Shown: positions 45,435 through 55,304 of the stretch, in pieces
Layout: each line of letters begins with the position of its first letter
Numbering within the stretch: position 1 is the stretch's first letter
Assembly (NCBI GenBank): GCA_963812015.1
Contig: CAWETI010000002.1
Coordinates: forward strand, 559,361 to 623,360
DNA from: an uncultured delta proteobacterium
GTDB taxonomy: Bacteria > Desulfobacterota > Desulfobaccia > Desulfobaccales > 0-14-0-80-60-11
Length of the DNA stretch: 64,000 nucleotides
Reading direction: 5' to 3'
Notes under the pieces: model-generated
What the model was told of the DNA's origin: nothing
Database searches by the model: none
The model's input: the letters and a program-made list of their open reading frames with translations, nothing else
Program-made: the position numbers and the translations under genes

Positions 45435-46658
45435 TCAGGGAGTGATCTGCTGAAAGTATGCTTCCAAGATCTCCGCACCCCTGGATAGTGACAGGTGGCG
45501 CTCGGCGTATAGTCTACCACTGGCCCCCAGCCGCTCGCGCAGTTCCGGTCGGTCAGCAAGCTGACGGATAGCCCTGGCCATGGCGTCCGGATCGCCGGGC
45601 GGCACGCAGAGGCCGCACCCCGCCTCGGCGATCAACCGGGGGGCGTCGCCGTCCAAAGGGAGACTGGCCAGCACCGGCCGCCCCGCGGCCATTATGCTTA
45701 AAATCTTGGAAGGGACTACCGGGGTTTTAACTTCTTGGCGCAGGGTGGCCAGGCAGAGATCAGAGGCTATCAAGACCCCCGGGTATTTATCTTTGGGCTG
45801 CATGGGAAGGAATAAGACGTTGCCGAGTTGGTTCTCCTGGGCAAGTTTTAGGAGTTTAAATTTTTCAACCCCATCGCCTACCATGAGGAAGACTATGTCT
45901 CTTTGCTCTTTTAATATCCTGGCACTGTGCAGCACGGTTTCCAGATCCTGGGAGTAACCCATAATGCCGGCGAAGGAGACCACAAAATGATGATCGAGGC
46001 CGAGAGAAGCCCTTAATCCGTTTTCTCGAGAACCGGGTTGGATTGCCTTAGTGTCTATCCAATTAGGTACAACGTTGACTTTTCCGAACTTTCCACCTGC
46101 ATTTAAGACATGCTGGCGGTTACCTTCGGAATGGACCGCAACAAGATCGGCATGACGGTATAGAAAGGATTCCAACCTCTTAAAAATTCGGATAAGGGAG
46201 GGGTTTTTCAGCACCCCCAAATCAATGGCACTTTGGGGAAAGAGATCTTGGATATTCACTATCAAGGGGCGTCGTCGTGCCCGGCACAGGGCCAGGGCGG
46301 CCAGGGCCAGGGGCAGAGGGGGCGAATAGACCAGGGCCGCGTCAAAGGCCGGCAGCCAAACCCCCGCCATCCCGGCAAAGAGGGCGGAGACAAATTGATC
46401 CATTCCTCGGATGATGGGAATGTTCCAGGGAATATCCAGGTTGAAGACCCGTAGTACTTTCAGACCGTGATAGGTCTCGTAAATGCAAGGACTTTGCCGG
46501 TAATCCTTTTGTTTTCCGGCCACATGATAACGGGGCAGGCCGGTAAGGATGGTAATCTCATGGCCCAGCTCCCGAAGAGCCTGCCCCAACTCATAATAAA
46601 GATGAGCTGCCGATCCAACCTCCGGTGGGAAATAAGGGGTGATTAGTAAGATCTTCAT
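45435..46658 (-). CDS. GT4-family glycosyltransferase (WcaI-like)
   Basis: 407 aa. It has MKILLITPYFPPEVGSAAH and a C-terminal GT-B domain with PSKILSIMAAGRPVLA. Confidence 0.8.
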   Translation of the reverse strand: MKILLITPYFPPEVGSAAHLYYELGQALRELGHEITILTGLPRYHVAGKQKDYRQSPCIYETYHGLKVLRVFNLDIPWNIPIIRGMDQFVSALFAGMAGVWLPAFDAALVYSPPLPLALAALALCRARRRPLIVNIQDLFPQSAIDLGVLKNPSLIRIFKRLESFLYRHADLVAVHSEGNRQHVLNAGGKFGKVNVVPNWIDTKAIQPGSRENGLRASLGLDHHFVVSFAGIMGYSQDLETVLHSARILKEQRDIVFLMVGDGVEKFKLLKLAQENQLGNVLFLPMQPKDKYPGVLIASDLCLATLRQEVKTPVVPSKILSIMAAGRPVLASLPLDGDAPRLIAEAGCGLCVPPGDPDAMARAIRQLADRPELRERLGASGRLYAERHLSLSRGAEILEAYFQQITP

Positions 46659-46918
46659 AGTAAAATGTTGCCTTTGGAGTAAATCTTAGGAAAACCAATA
46701 GGTTGGCCTGTGCCGGCCACCCCCATTCCGGTTCCAAATAATATTAATCATATTTGTTTGACTTGCAAAATCTTTACCTAAAGGTAAGTTGCTGATATTT
46801 TACATATAATAACCACTGAGATCCTTTGAATGTTCGGTCTTCTGAACAAAATAGATCAACTTTTAACCACAAGGTTATTTATTAATAGAAAACGGGAAAC
46901 CGTATTAGGAATTAGCTC

Positions 46919-49114
46919 TTACATCCCTTGAGTTTGTCCAGCTCTCAAAGCTGCGGCGGCCTTCAGGGTTGCCCGAGTGGACGCAGCATAATCTATAAAA
47001 AGCTTGGGGAAATTTTCCGGCTCTCCAACCGCCTTATTAAAAAATTCCAATTCCGCCTGATATCCCATGTCCATGGAAAGCTTCCTGATTTTTATAGTCC
47101 TCCCGCCCTGAATAAGCTGGGCTCGGCGAAAATCATCGAGAACTGCCGCCGAATCTTCGCAGAAGAGCTCAAAACGCTCCCGGGAAAAGGCCTTGGGTCC
47201 TTTGGCGGTGTAAAGAATGGTGCCGATTGAACCATCTTTGAAAGTCAGATTAATGATCAGATTATCGTCATATCTGTATTTGCCAGTGGCTCCGGAAATG
47301 GTCTCCACATTTAGCGATGCCGTCTCCGAGCTGGTCATGAAATGTAGGAAATCGATGAAATGACAGACTTCCCCCCGAAGACGACCGCCGCCCACTTCCG
47401 GGTCGTGCACCCAGTGGTCCCCTGGGATATAGCCGGCATTGACCCGATAAGTCATCATCAGGGGAGTGGTGCGACCCGCCACCATGGCCTTGACCTGCCG
47501 AGTCAACGGCGCAAACCGCCGGTTGAACCCCACCATCAACAGCCGGGACCCATCATAGGCCGCCTCAATTTCTTCCAACTCGTCTGACGTCAGGCATAAG
47601 GGTTTTTCCACCAAGACGTGCTTGCCTGCCGCCAGGGCTTCCAACACCAGGGTGGCATGAGAATTATGTCTGGTAGTAATGATGATACTGCCGATGGCCT
47701 TATCCTTGAGAATTTCTTGGTAATCCGTGGTGGCATAGGCAAAGCCGAACTTCTTGGCGATATGCTGGACCGTCACGCCGGTGGTGGTAGCCGCCCCCAT
47801 TAGTGTTAGCCCCGGGACCTTTTTCAAGGCTGGCAGGAGAATATTCTTGGTAAACATGCCACCGCCGATGAGACCGATCGCCTGGGGATTAGCCGATTGG
47901 CTTGGAGAGGCGACCGGTTTCAGCCACACCTTCCGAAGCAGCGTGGCTTGGTCGGCATCGGCCAAGGCTTCCCCTGTTTCCTGGTTCTCCGGCTGAGGAT
48001 AGGTCAGGACCACGCCGATATACGTCTCCCGATTTTTCAGGATCAGGTCATAGGCCTCCAGTGCTTGATCAATTGGAAAGCGGTGCGTTATCAGCCGGTC
48101 GACCTGCACCCGCCCCCGGGCCACCAGGTCCAGGAAGGCTGCCAGATTGCGCCGCTCGGTCCAGCGCACTAAAGATAGGGGATAATCAAATCCCTTGGCC
48201 TCATAGAGCGGCTGCAGGCTGCCCGGGCCGGCGGCCTTGGACACCGTAAAGGTTAACTCCTTGTCCCAGAAAGCCTTCCGGGTGAGGCTCAGTTCCGCCA
48301 CTCCCACCAGCACCAGCCGGGCCCGCTCCCGGGCTACCGCCTCCGCCAGTCGCACCGGGCGAGGATCACTGCTGGCCGCGGTAATGATCACCGCATCCGC
48401 TCCCCGGCCGTGAGTCGAATTGGCGACGGCTTCTTCCACATCATCTTGGCCGGGAATCAGGGCCAGGTCCGCGCCCAGTTCCCGGGCAAGCTCGCATTTT
48501 TGCCGATCCAGGTCCACCCCGATGACCCTGCAGCCTTGGGCCGCCAGCAATTGCACGCTGAGTAATCCCAGGAGCCCCAGGCCAATGACCACCGCCGTCT
48601 CTCCCAGGGTCAGGCCGGCTTCCCGCACCCCATGGAGGGCAATGCCTCCCAACATGACGAAAGCGGCGGCTTCAAAGTCCACTCCTTCTGGAATAGGCAC
48701 ACAGAGATTTTCGGGCACCCAGATCATTTCCGCATGGGAGGCAAACCCCGCCCCAGCCGCGGCCACCCGGTCTCCGGGCTTGAACCCCTGCACCCCGGCC
48801 CCCACTTCCAGAACCTCGCCCGCCGCACTATACCCCAGCGGCAACGGCTCATCCATCCGGTTCATGGCCTCCTTTAAGACGCTGATAAAACCCTCTTTCT
48901 GAGCCTTAGCCCAGACCTGCCGCACCAAATCAGGCCGTGCCCGGGCCTTTCCCAGCAGACTCTTCTGCCCCATCTCGATCATCAGCTTATCAGTCCCGGG
49001 GCTGATAAGAGAGGCCATATTCTGCACCAAAACCCCGCCAGCTTTGCAATATGATTCGGGCAATTCGGATAGGCTAATCTTACCGTTTTTATACGACTGA
49101 ATGATTTGTTTCAT
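46919..49114 (-). CDS. Bi-domain oxidoreductase: Zn-dependent alcohol-dehydrogenase-like N-terminus fused to a Gfo/Idh/MocA-type C-terminus
   Basis: 731 aa. It has an MDR-like part (GDRVAAAGAGFASHAE, VIGLGLLGLL) and a second Rossmann domain (IGLIGGGMFTKNILLPAL..EKPLCLT). Confidence 0.8.
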   Translation of the reverse strand: MKQIIQSYKNGKISLSELPESYCKAGGVLVQNMASLISPGTDKLMIEMGQKSLLGKARARPDLVRQVWAKAQKEGFISVLKEAMNRMDEPLPLGYSAAGEVLEVGAGVQGFKPGDRVAAAGAGFASHAEMIWVPENLCVPIPEGVDFEAAAFVMLGGIALHGVREAGLTLGETAVVIGLGLLGLLSVQLLAAQGCRVIGVDLDRQKCELARELGADLALIPGQDDVEEAVANSTHGRGADAVIITAASSDPRPVRLAEAVARERARLVLVGVAELSLTRKAFWDKELTFTVSKAAGPGSLQPLYEAKGFDYPLSLVRWTERRNLAAFLDLVARGRVQVDRLITHRFPIDQALEAYDLILKNRETYIGVVLTYPQPENQETGEALADADQATLLRKVWLKPVASPSQSANPQAIGLIGGGMFTKNILLPALKKVPGLTLMGAATTTGVTVQHIAKKFGFAYATTDYQEILKDKAIGSIIITTRHNSHATLVLEALAAGKHVLVEKPLCLTSDELEEIEAAYDGSRLLMVGFNRRFAPLTRQVKAMVAGRTTPLMMTYRVNAGYIPGDHWVHDPEVGGGRLRGEVCHFIDFLHFMTSSETASLNVETISGATGKYRYDDNLIINLTFKDGSIGTILYTAKGPKAFSRERFELFCEDSAAVLDDFRRAQLIQGGRTIKIRKLSMDMGYQAELEFFNKAVGEPENFPKLFIDYAASTRATLKAAAALRAGQTQGM

Positions 49115-49390
49115 GCCTATATTCTCCGGGCCACTCCGCCAAGGTTAACCGACCAGGGGCCGGCTGGCAACCATGGGAATCGTAACCAAAAGCGATTTAA
49201 GTAAACAATACTCATCACAGTTGCTCTAAATGCAACATTAATATCTTTCCTTGAGATCGGGATTTAATTTGGTCAAATCTTTTAATCCTGTACAAAATCT
49301 CATCAATGAATCAACTTCTTCTGAAAAACTAATTCTAATCTCAGAAGGAATCTCTGTGAGGCTATATTTGCGTTCACCATCTATGTCAAA

Positions 49391-50260
49391 TTATTTTTTA
49401 ATATTTTTCTGCAACCCCTTTTTTAACTCAAAATATTTTGCATCACCCAAGAACGGATACCAAAGCCCATGCAAAAAACAGTATATGAGGCCTTCTTTGC
49501 CGTCAAGAAAACCAAGTTGATATATATAACGATAGAAAAAGTAGAATAGAGGTCGAATAAACAGTGGCATCATAGCCCAAACGTTGTCACGTAGCCATAT
49601 CCTATAACTATGTTCTATTTTAGGTTTTTCCAGATAATCTAATTGTTTCATAAGGCCTTGCTGCGATTCGAGCCTAATGGATTCTTCCGCCTCTAACCTT
49701 GCCAATTTATTATGTTTATCAATCCAGAAAGCAAGGTCTTTTTTATCCTCATGAATCATAGGATTTTTAAGCCGCCCTAATTTTCCCAGAACTGTTACAT
49801 ATTCCCGAGCCCCACTACCAATGCTGCGAGCTTGCTTCCTCTTTATCAGACGCAAGATGTAGTCTGCCTGATAACCTCCATGTTTGAGCCATCTTCCCAA
49901 GAAATAAAAGTTTCTCTTGATATGGTATCCTTCAACTGACGGGTTGTTCCCAGCAAAAATATTCACAATCTCTTGCTTTAATCCATCGGTCAAACGTTCA
50001 TCCGCATCCAGGAAAAGCACCCATTCATAAGATATCGGCAAGTTATCCAAGGCCCAGTTTCGTTGATGCGCCCAATGCACCCAAGCATTCTGATAAATTT
50101 TATCGGTGTATTCTCGACCGATTCCCAGGGTCTTGTCAGAGCTGAAGGAATCTACGATAAAAATTTCTTCGGTCAGATCTCGGCAACTCTCCAAACAGGC
50201 CCTTATGTTGGCCTCTTCGTTATATGTCAGGATAATTACGGAAACCAGTGCCTTTCCCAT
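49391..50260 (-). CDS. GT2-family glycosyltransferase
   Basis: 289 aa with VSVIILTYNEEANI and FLDADERL (DxD). Confidence 0.85.
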   Translation of the reverse strand: MGKALVSVIILTYNEEANIRACLESCRDLTEEIFIVDSFSSDKTLGIGREYTDKIYQNAWVHWAHQRNWALDNLPISYEWVLFLDADERLTDGLKQEIVNIFAGNNPSVEGYHIKRNFYFLGRWLKHGGYQADYILRLIKRKQARSIGSGAREYVTVLGKLGRLKNPMIHEDKKDLAFWIDKHNKLARLEAEESIRLESQQGLMKQLDYLEKPKIEHSYRIWLRDNVWAMMPLFIRPLFYFFYRYIYQLGFLDGKEGLIYCFLHGLWYPFLGDAKYFELKKGLQKNIKK

Positions 50261-50263
50261 TAT

Positions 50264-51242
50264 ACGCTTATTTCCTTAGCTCCGAAAAGGTAACGGTTTG
50301 AGCATTAAGACAAGCGTTCAGCATCCGGTTAAACATTTGGGGTTCCCAGAAGCGCCGATTGAACCGGTAACAAAATTCCGCCAGATACCGGGGCAGGTGC
50401 TTATCACTGACTCCATGATACACTCCACGGATATTGCCTTTGACGTTGGCGATCAGGGTATGGACCCAGGGAAACAATCTGACAGCGTTTTTCCCCGAAC
50501 CAGTCACGATGGGTAGATGAAAGCTCGACCTCAGAGTTCAAGACCCGACAGGCCTGCCAACCATCCGTGCGGGCCACCAACTCTGGTGCCAGGCAAGCCT
50601 GAGCCATCGCTTTAATCTCGTCGCCACTTACCCTGGGTACCTGGCGCATGGCGGCAAACCGTGGTTTATCTCCTGGGTTTTCCACCGCCACCACGACTTT
50701 GTATTTACCGCGGCGCCACGGCCACGTTTGCCTGGTTGGGGGCTGCCGACATAGGTATCATCCAGTTCGATCAGCCCGGCCAGTTGGCAAGAGGCATCGC
50801 GCTGCGCCATGGCCTTGCGGATCTTATGCCCCATGACCCACACCGCTTTATAAGTCTGGATCTCCAAGATCCGTTGCAAAGACAACATGGACGCGCCGCT
50901 TTTCTGTTGCCCCACCAGGAAGATCATCCAGAACCATTTTCTCAAGGGTGTTTTGGTCTTATGAAAAATCGTGCCGGCCGTCAGCGAGGTCTGGTAACCA
51001 CAAGCTTTGCAGGCATATAAATGACGCGTCCGATGAAAGTAAGCTTGGTCGTGCTGACAGCGGGGGTACCGATAACCCTGAGGCCAACGCAACTCAAAAA
51101 GATGTTTCTGACAAGCTTTTGGGTCCTAAACCTTTTTTGAAATGCCAGGAGACTCAGGCTTTCTTGTTGCACAATATTTGCTCCATTTAGCTAATTATTT
51201 TAGTAAATTACAGCTAATTTTAGGAGCATAAGCAATAAGCGT
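50264..51242 (-). mobile_element. IS1595-type insertion sequence, copy 1, with a decayed transposase
   Basis: The terminal inverted repeats are acgcttatttccttagctcc (50264-50283) and ggagcataagcaataagcgt (51223-51242). The flanking 8-bp near-duplication is cccattat (50256-50263) / tccattat (51244-51251). Confidence 0.75.
50268..51172 (-). pseudogene. IS1595-family transposase pseudogene (at least three frameshifts)
   Basis: Four ORF pieces lie in different frames (50981-51172, 50628-51092, 50404-50694, 50268-50507). Together they parallel the copy at 58688-59365 (MQQ.SLSLL.FQK.F, RWP.G..CPRC, LTAGT.FHKT.TPL.KWFW). Confidence 0.8.
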
Positions 51243-51274
51243 TTCCATTATTTCCTTTTCCAAACTTTCTTTAT

Positions 51275-52465
51275 TCACTCATCCGACCAGGATAAGCCGG
51301 GACTGCGTCTGCCGACGAGAATGTCTTCATAGGCGGTGGCCATCTGCCGGGCCACCAGATCGATATCATACCGCCGCCGGGCCGACTCCACCGCGGCCTC
51401 TCCCATGACCCTAAGCCCCTCTGGATCGGAAAGTAATTTAACAAGCGCCCCCGCTACGGCTTCCACCTCTATGGGCACCACTACTCCTGCACCGTCGGCC
51501 AGAATTTCCCGACAAATACCAACATGATCTGAGACCAGCACCGGCACACCCGATAGCATAGCCTCCACCGCCGCATTTCCAAAGTTTTCATCTTCACTTG
51601 TGAGTACTAATAGATTACTCGCTGCTAAAAGATTGTTTCGCTCCTTTGCATCTATCATTCCCAAAAATCGGATTTTCCGATCTACCCCCAAGGAAATCGC
51701 CAACTGCCTTAAATACCTTTCTTCTCCACCATCTGGGCCGGCTAACATTAGGACAAAAATTTTATCTTTTAACGCTTCTGTTGATATAGCCTTTATGAGT
51801 AAATCAAGCTTTTTTACCTTATGCAATCTACCTAAAAATGTTATTAATATTTTATCATTTTCAAGATTGTTTTTGAAGTCGTTTTTCGAGGAAGAAAATT
51901 CACTAATATCAAAACCATTGGGCACTATAAAACTCGGATTTTTAAATTTATGTAGCGCGTCCAATTCTTTTTCCATCTGAGTGGTGTAATGAATGGCAGC
52001 AGCATGTCTAATTATCCTCCTTTCTATTGTTTGAAAATAAATCCATTTTTTTATAGCCTTTTGCCGCAAAGCTGACTTTCTTAAAGTGCCTTTGACTGAA
52101 AGCACATAAGGAATGCCCTTTTTTCTGGCGTTATTTGCTGCCGGAATCCCTGGATAACACCAAAATGAAGTCAGATGCACTATCTCGAAATCTTTCATTA
52201 AACGGTGACAAGCCTCACGCAGGTCTCGCGAATAGCAATACTTGAAGCTGAAATCAGTTTTGAAATAGTAAACTTTGATTCCTCCCACATCTACCGGCTG
52301 ATTATTCGGAACCGGCAATCTTCGGTTCCCGCCGCTATCAGTACTGAAAACTGTCACCTCATGTCCTTGCTGAACTAAGCCTCGGCAGAGATGGCTGATA
52401 CTGTGGACCACTCCTCCCAAATGCCAGGCCGGTTCAAAAAAAGGAGTTATGTGGAGGATCTTCAT
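51275..52465 (-). CDS. GT4-family glycosyltransferase
   Basis: 396 aa with MKILHITPFFEPAWHLGGV and the C-terminal EDENFGNAAVEAMLSGVPVLVSD. Confidence 0.85.
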   Translation of the reverse strand: MKILHITPFFEPAWHLGGVVHSISHLCRGLVQQGHEVTVFSTDSGGNRRLPVPNNQPVDVGGIKVYYFKTDFSFKYCYSRDLREACHRLMKDFEIVHLTSFWCYPGIPAANNARKKGIPYVLSVKGTLRKSALRQKAIKKWIYFQTIERRIIRHAAAIHYTTQMEKELDALHKFKNPSFIVPNGFDISEFSSSKNDFKNNLENDKILITFLGRLHKVKKLDLLIKAISTEALKDKIFVLMLAGPDGGEERYLRQLAISLGVDRKIRFLGMIDAKERNNLLAASNLLVLTSEDENFGNAAVEAMLSGVPVLVSDHVGICREILADGAGVVVPIEVEAVAGALVKLLSDPEGLRVMGEAAVESARRRYDIDLVARQMATAYEDILVGRRSPGLSWSDE

Positions 52466-53530
52466 CTAGGCAGAGGTCCTCTGAAAATACGGGAGACAGG
52501 CGTTAATTACTTGTTCCGGGGTTATGGTATTAATGCATTCCTTCGAGTCACACTCCATTTTAAAACAGAATCGGCATGGCAGGGTGTCATTTCTCAAGAC
52601 GGTGTGGCATTCTCCCCAGGGGTGCCAGGCACCATAAAAATCCCGGGAAGAATATATTCCCACGACCGGGGTCTTAACCGCTGCGGCCAAATGAACTGGG
52701 CCGCAATCGTTTGCAACCAACAGATCACAGCGCCGGAGCAACTCAGCCGATTCCATGTAACTGGTCAACCCTATTAAATTTATTAGCGCATTCTCCCTGC
52801 TGGTTAATAAATCTATCCAGGCTTCTCGCTCATTCGGACCCCCAATAAATAAAATGTGCGCCTGGAAATTTTCTATCAGAAGAGATGCTACGCTAAGGAA
52901 GTTACTCTTGTCCCAAAGTTTGACCGGAAATTTTCCCCCCGGGCAAATGGCCACCAAGGGCGATTTGCCCCACAAATTATACCGGTCCCAAATGGCATCC
53001 ACTGCCTTTCGGTGCTGATCTCGGATGGGCAGGCAGAAATCTACTTCGTGGACCTTGACCTCTGGGGTTAACAACGACAACAAGCGATCGACTTCTTGGG
53101 GATAAACTGGGAACTTCAGGCCGTCTTTTACCTGCATCCTGACGGGCTGGGTTAGCCTGAACCCGAGCAATTTTCCTCCCACTACCAAGCGAAAAAACAG
53201 CCAGTCTCGGAGGAGCCTTCTCCGGGTATTTTTAGAGTGCCCGAAATAAATTAAGAGATCGATGTTTAGGCGACGCAAATCACGGGCCAGATGTAAGATA
53301 TATCTCCCTTGCCTAATCTTGCCCGAGGAATAACTCATAATCGCGTCAAGAAACTCGTTATCCGCCAGAATTGCTTGGGCATCATCGCAGCCATCCTCTC
53401 CATTATTGGTCAAAAGGCCAATCCAGGCATGGGGAAAATTCCGCCTCACCGCCATCATGGCCGGAAGGGAACAGATGATATCCCCCAGATTACCTATGCG
53501 ATAAATTAAGATTCGGTAATTTTTCTTCAT
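52466..53530 (-). CDS. GT9-family glycosyltransferase (heptosyltransferase-like)
   Basis: 354 aa with ILIYRIGNLGDIICSLPAM and LLVANDCGPVHLAAA. Confidence 0.8.
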   Translation of the reverse strand: MKKNYRILIYRIGNLGDIICSLPAMMAVRRNFPHAWIGLLTNNGEDGCDDAQAILADNEFLDAIMSYSSGKIRQGRYILHLARDLRRLNIDLLIYFGHSKNTRRRLLRDWLFFRLVVGGKLLGFRLTQPVRMQVKDGLKFPVYPQEVDRLLSLLTPEVKVHEVDFCLPIRDQHRKAVDAIWDRYNLWGKSPLVAICPGGKFPVKLWDKSNFLSVASLLIENFQAHILFIGGPNEREAWIDLLTSRENALINLIGLTSYMESAELLRRCDLLVANDCGPVHLAAAVKTPVVGIYSSRDFYGAWHPWGECHTVLRNDTLPCRFCFKMECDSKECINTITPEQVINACLPYFQRTSA

Positions 53531-54555
53531 AGATGCCGTATAAAATGAATAACTTCTTTAAGCCTATCATGATTGCTGTAACCACTTCTTATGCACCGTT
53601 CCCGGCCAGCAAAACCAATACGAACACACTCCTCGCTGTGAGCCAGGTAATATTTTATTTTATCCGTTAGTTCTTCCTCTGAACCAAAAAACTCGGCCTC
53701 CTTGCCTTCTTCAAAAAGTTCCAGGTGTTCTTCGGTTCTTTCGGCCAGCATAAAGGCCGCACAAGCCGGGATTTCCAAACTGCGGGTCGTGTGTAAGTCG
53801 CGGTTGGCCTTTCTTAAGAACGCTAGATTAATTTTAGTTGCACAAATCGCTTTGGCATAATCTTCTTCAAAGATCCATCCAGGTTTGATAGTAAGATTAT
53901 CAATTTTTCTTATATATGAATTCCAGCCTGGACCGCGTACAGTAATCTTAAAGCCAGCCTGAGATGCAACCCGCATCATTAAGTAACGATCTTGTTCAAA
54001 CGCGCCAATAAATCCAATATTACTTCCCAATTGGTATTTATCTTTAGCCGTTAGATTTATAGGGCGATGAGTAAGTGGGTTAAATCCACTTTTATTAAAT
54101 AAAACATTTTGTGCTCCCAGTTCCTTAAGCTCGTTCACGTTATAGCTTTTAGTTGTAACATGGAGATCATATAAAGATAGACAAGCTAAATAATGGGGTG
54201 ATTGATTTTGCGTATTTAACATATCGTCTGGACTATATGATATCATCCGACATTCGGGATATAATTTTTTAACTGCCGTTAAAGTTAGCGGCAAAATAGT
54301 TAACCCTTTATCTATCCAAAGTATATCAAAAGAACTCCGGGATATCAGGTCAATAATCTGACGGTTCACCCCAGCCAAATCCGGAGAATAACCCAAGCGA
54401 CGGATTATTCGCGAAAATAGCCGGCGTACCTGGCGCGGTTCCGGCGGCGTGGTGTCCACTGCTACAACCGTATAACCCATTTCTTGCAGGGCTGTCATCC
54501 GGTGTTTGGCTGTGCTCCCCTGCCATAGCGGGCCCACGTATAAGATGCGCATCAC
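53527..54555 (-). CDS. CgeB-like glycosyltransferase (Glyco_trans_1_2-type C-terminus)
   Basis: 342 aa with RSLEIPACAAFMLAERTEEHLELFEEGKEAEFFGSEEEL. It overlaps both neighbours by 4 nt. Confidence 0.6.
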   Translation of the reverse strand: MMRILYVGPLWQGSTAKHRMTALQEMGYTVVAVDTTPPEPRQVRRLFSRIIRRLGYSPDLAGVNRQIIDLISRSSFDILWIDKGLTILPLTLTAVKKLYPECRMISYSPDDMLNTQNQSPHYLACLSLYDLHVTTKSYNVNELKELGAQNVLFNKSGFNPLTHRPINLTAKDKYQLGSNIGFIGAFEQDRYLMMRVASQAGFKITVRGPGWNSYIRKIDNLTIKPGWIFEEDYAKAICATKINLAFLRKANRDLHTTRSLEIPACAAFMLAERTEEHLELFEEGKEAEFFGSEEELTDKIKYYLAHSEECVRIGFAGRERCIRSGYSNHDRLKEVIHFIRHL

Positions 54556-55304
54556 TGTTTGATGGCCGTCCCTAAGAAAACTCGAGTGTAGATCCCCGTG
54601 CTGCGGCCGCCGGCTTCGGCTAAAATTACTAAGTCCGTGCCCAAGCTTATGATTTTCCAGAGCACTACCCTTACTAAACTCTTCAGTCCATGGATATGAG
54701 GACCGCAGGGCCGGGCCTCATATCCTGCCAGTCCGACCTGATCCAGCAAAGTCGCCAAGCTTACTGGGGTAAAGAACCATTCGTGGGAAAAATCTCCGTA
54801 GGCCAAGGCCCCCGCCCATGGACTACCGGCATTGGGAGTCTGGAAAATGACCCGTCCACCTGCTTTTAAGGCCTGGACCACCAGGGTCAGAAAAGGCAGT
54901 ATTTCTTCCTTTTGAAAATGTTCGATCAGATCAAAACCGGTGATCAGGCCGAAATGTCCGGGGTTTTCTATGAGCGTATCCCGGACATCCCCCTGAATAA
55001 CCTTGGCCTGAGGGCACCATTGCTGGGCCAAGTGGATTTTCTTGGGGCTTAAATCCACTCCGACAATGTCGGAGTATCCCTGCTGTTCCAATAGGTAGAG
55101 AAAGTTTCCCGGCCCGCACCCCATATCCAGAATAGGTGTGCCCCGATCTTCCGGCAGCCAGCCGCGCAGTCGCCCCCTAGTGGCCGCGGCCCAACGCTGA
55201 TATTCCCTTTCGCCCCACTCCACGCCGGCCCCACTGTTTTTGTAGGACACCCGGTTTTCATATAATTGCTGTTGGTATCCTGCTTTTTGGTACCAGTCAG
55301 TCAT
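54552..55304 (-). CDS. Class I SAM-dependent methyltransferase
   Basis: It has ILDMGCGPGNFL and GGRVIFQTPN. The start is taken at the ATG at 55304, which overlaps the upstream stop (cATGACTGA). Confidence 0.8.
   Translation of the reverse strand: MTDWYQKAGYQQQLYENRVSYKNSGAGVEWGEREYQRWAAATRGRLRGWLPEDRGTPILDMGCGPGNFLYLLEQQGYSDIVGVDLSPKKIHLAQQWCPQAKVIQGDVRDTLIENPGHFGLITGFDLIEHFQKEEILPFLTLVVQALKAGGRVIFQTPNAGSPWAGALAYGDFSHEWFFTPVSLATLLDQVGLAGYEARPCGPHIHGLKSLVRVVLWKIISLGTDLVILAEAGGRSTGIYTRVFLGTAIKQ

Noticed and set aside
46774-46787. The inverted repeat TTACCT-AA-AGGTAA upstream of the GT4 gene, as an operator.
   Set aside because: It has only 6-bp arms in an AT-rich spacer. There is no second copy in the window and no adjacent regulator gene.
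26034-49393. Three cases where an ORF continues in frame after a stop codon (TAA 26034, TAG 42446, TAA 49391), as a hint of stop-codon reassignment or read-through.
   Set aside because: Core genes in the window terminate normally at TAA, TAG and TGA. The FkbM case also has a frameshift, so it is a pseudogene. The ~50 open codons after the GT2 stop (49240-49390, FDIDGERKYSLTEIP..) follow a full-length GT2 and have no start signal. They are more likely a gene remnant or chance.
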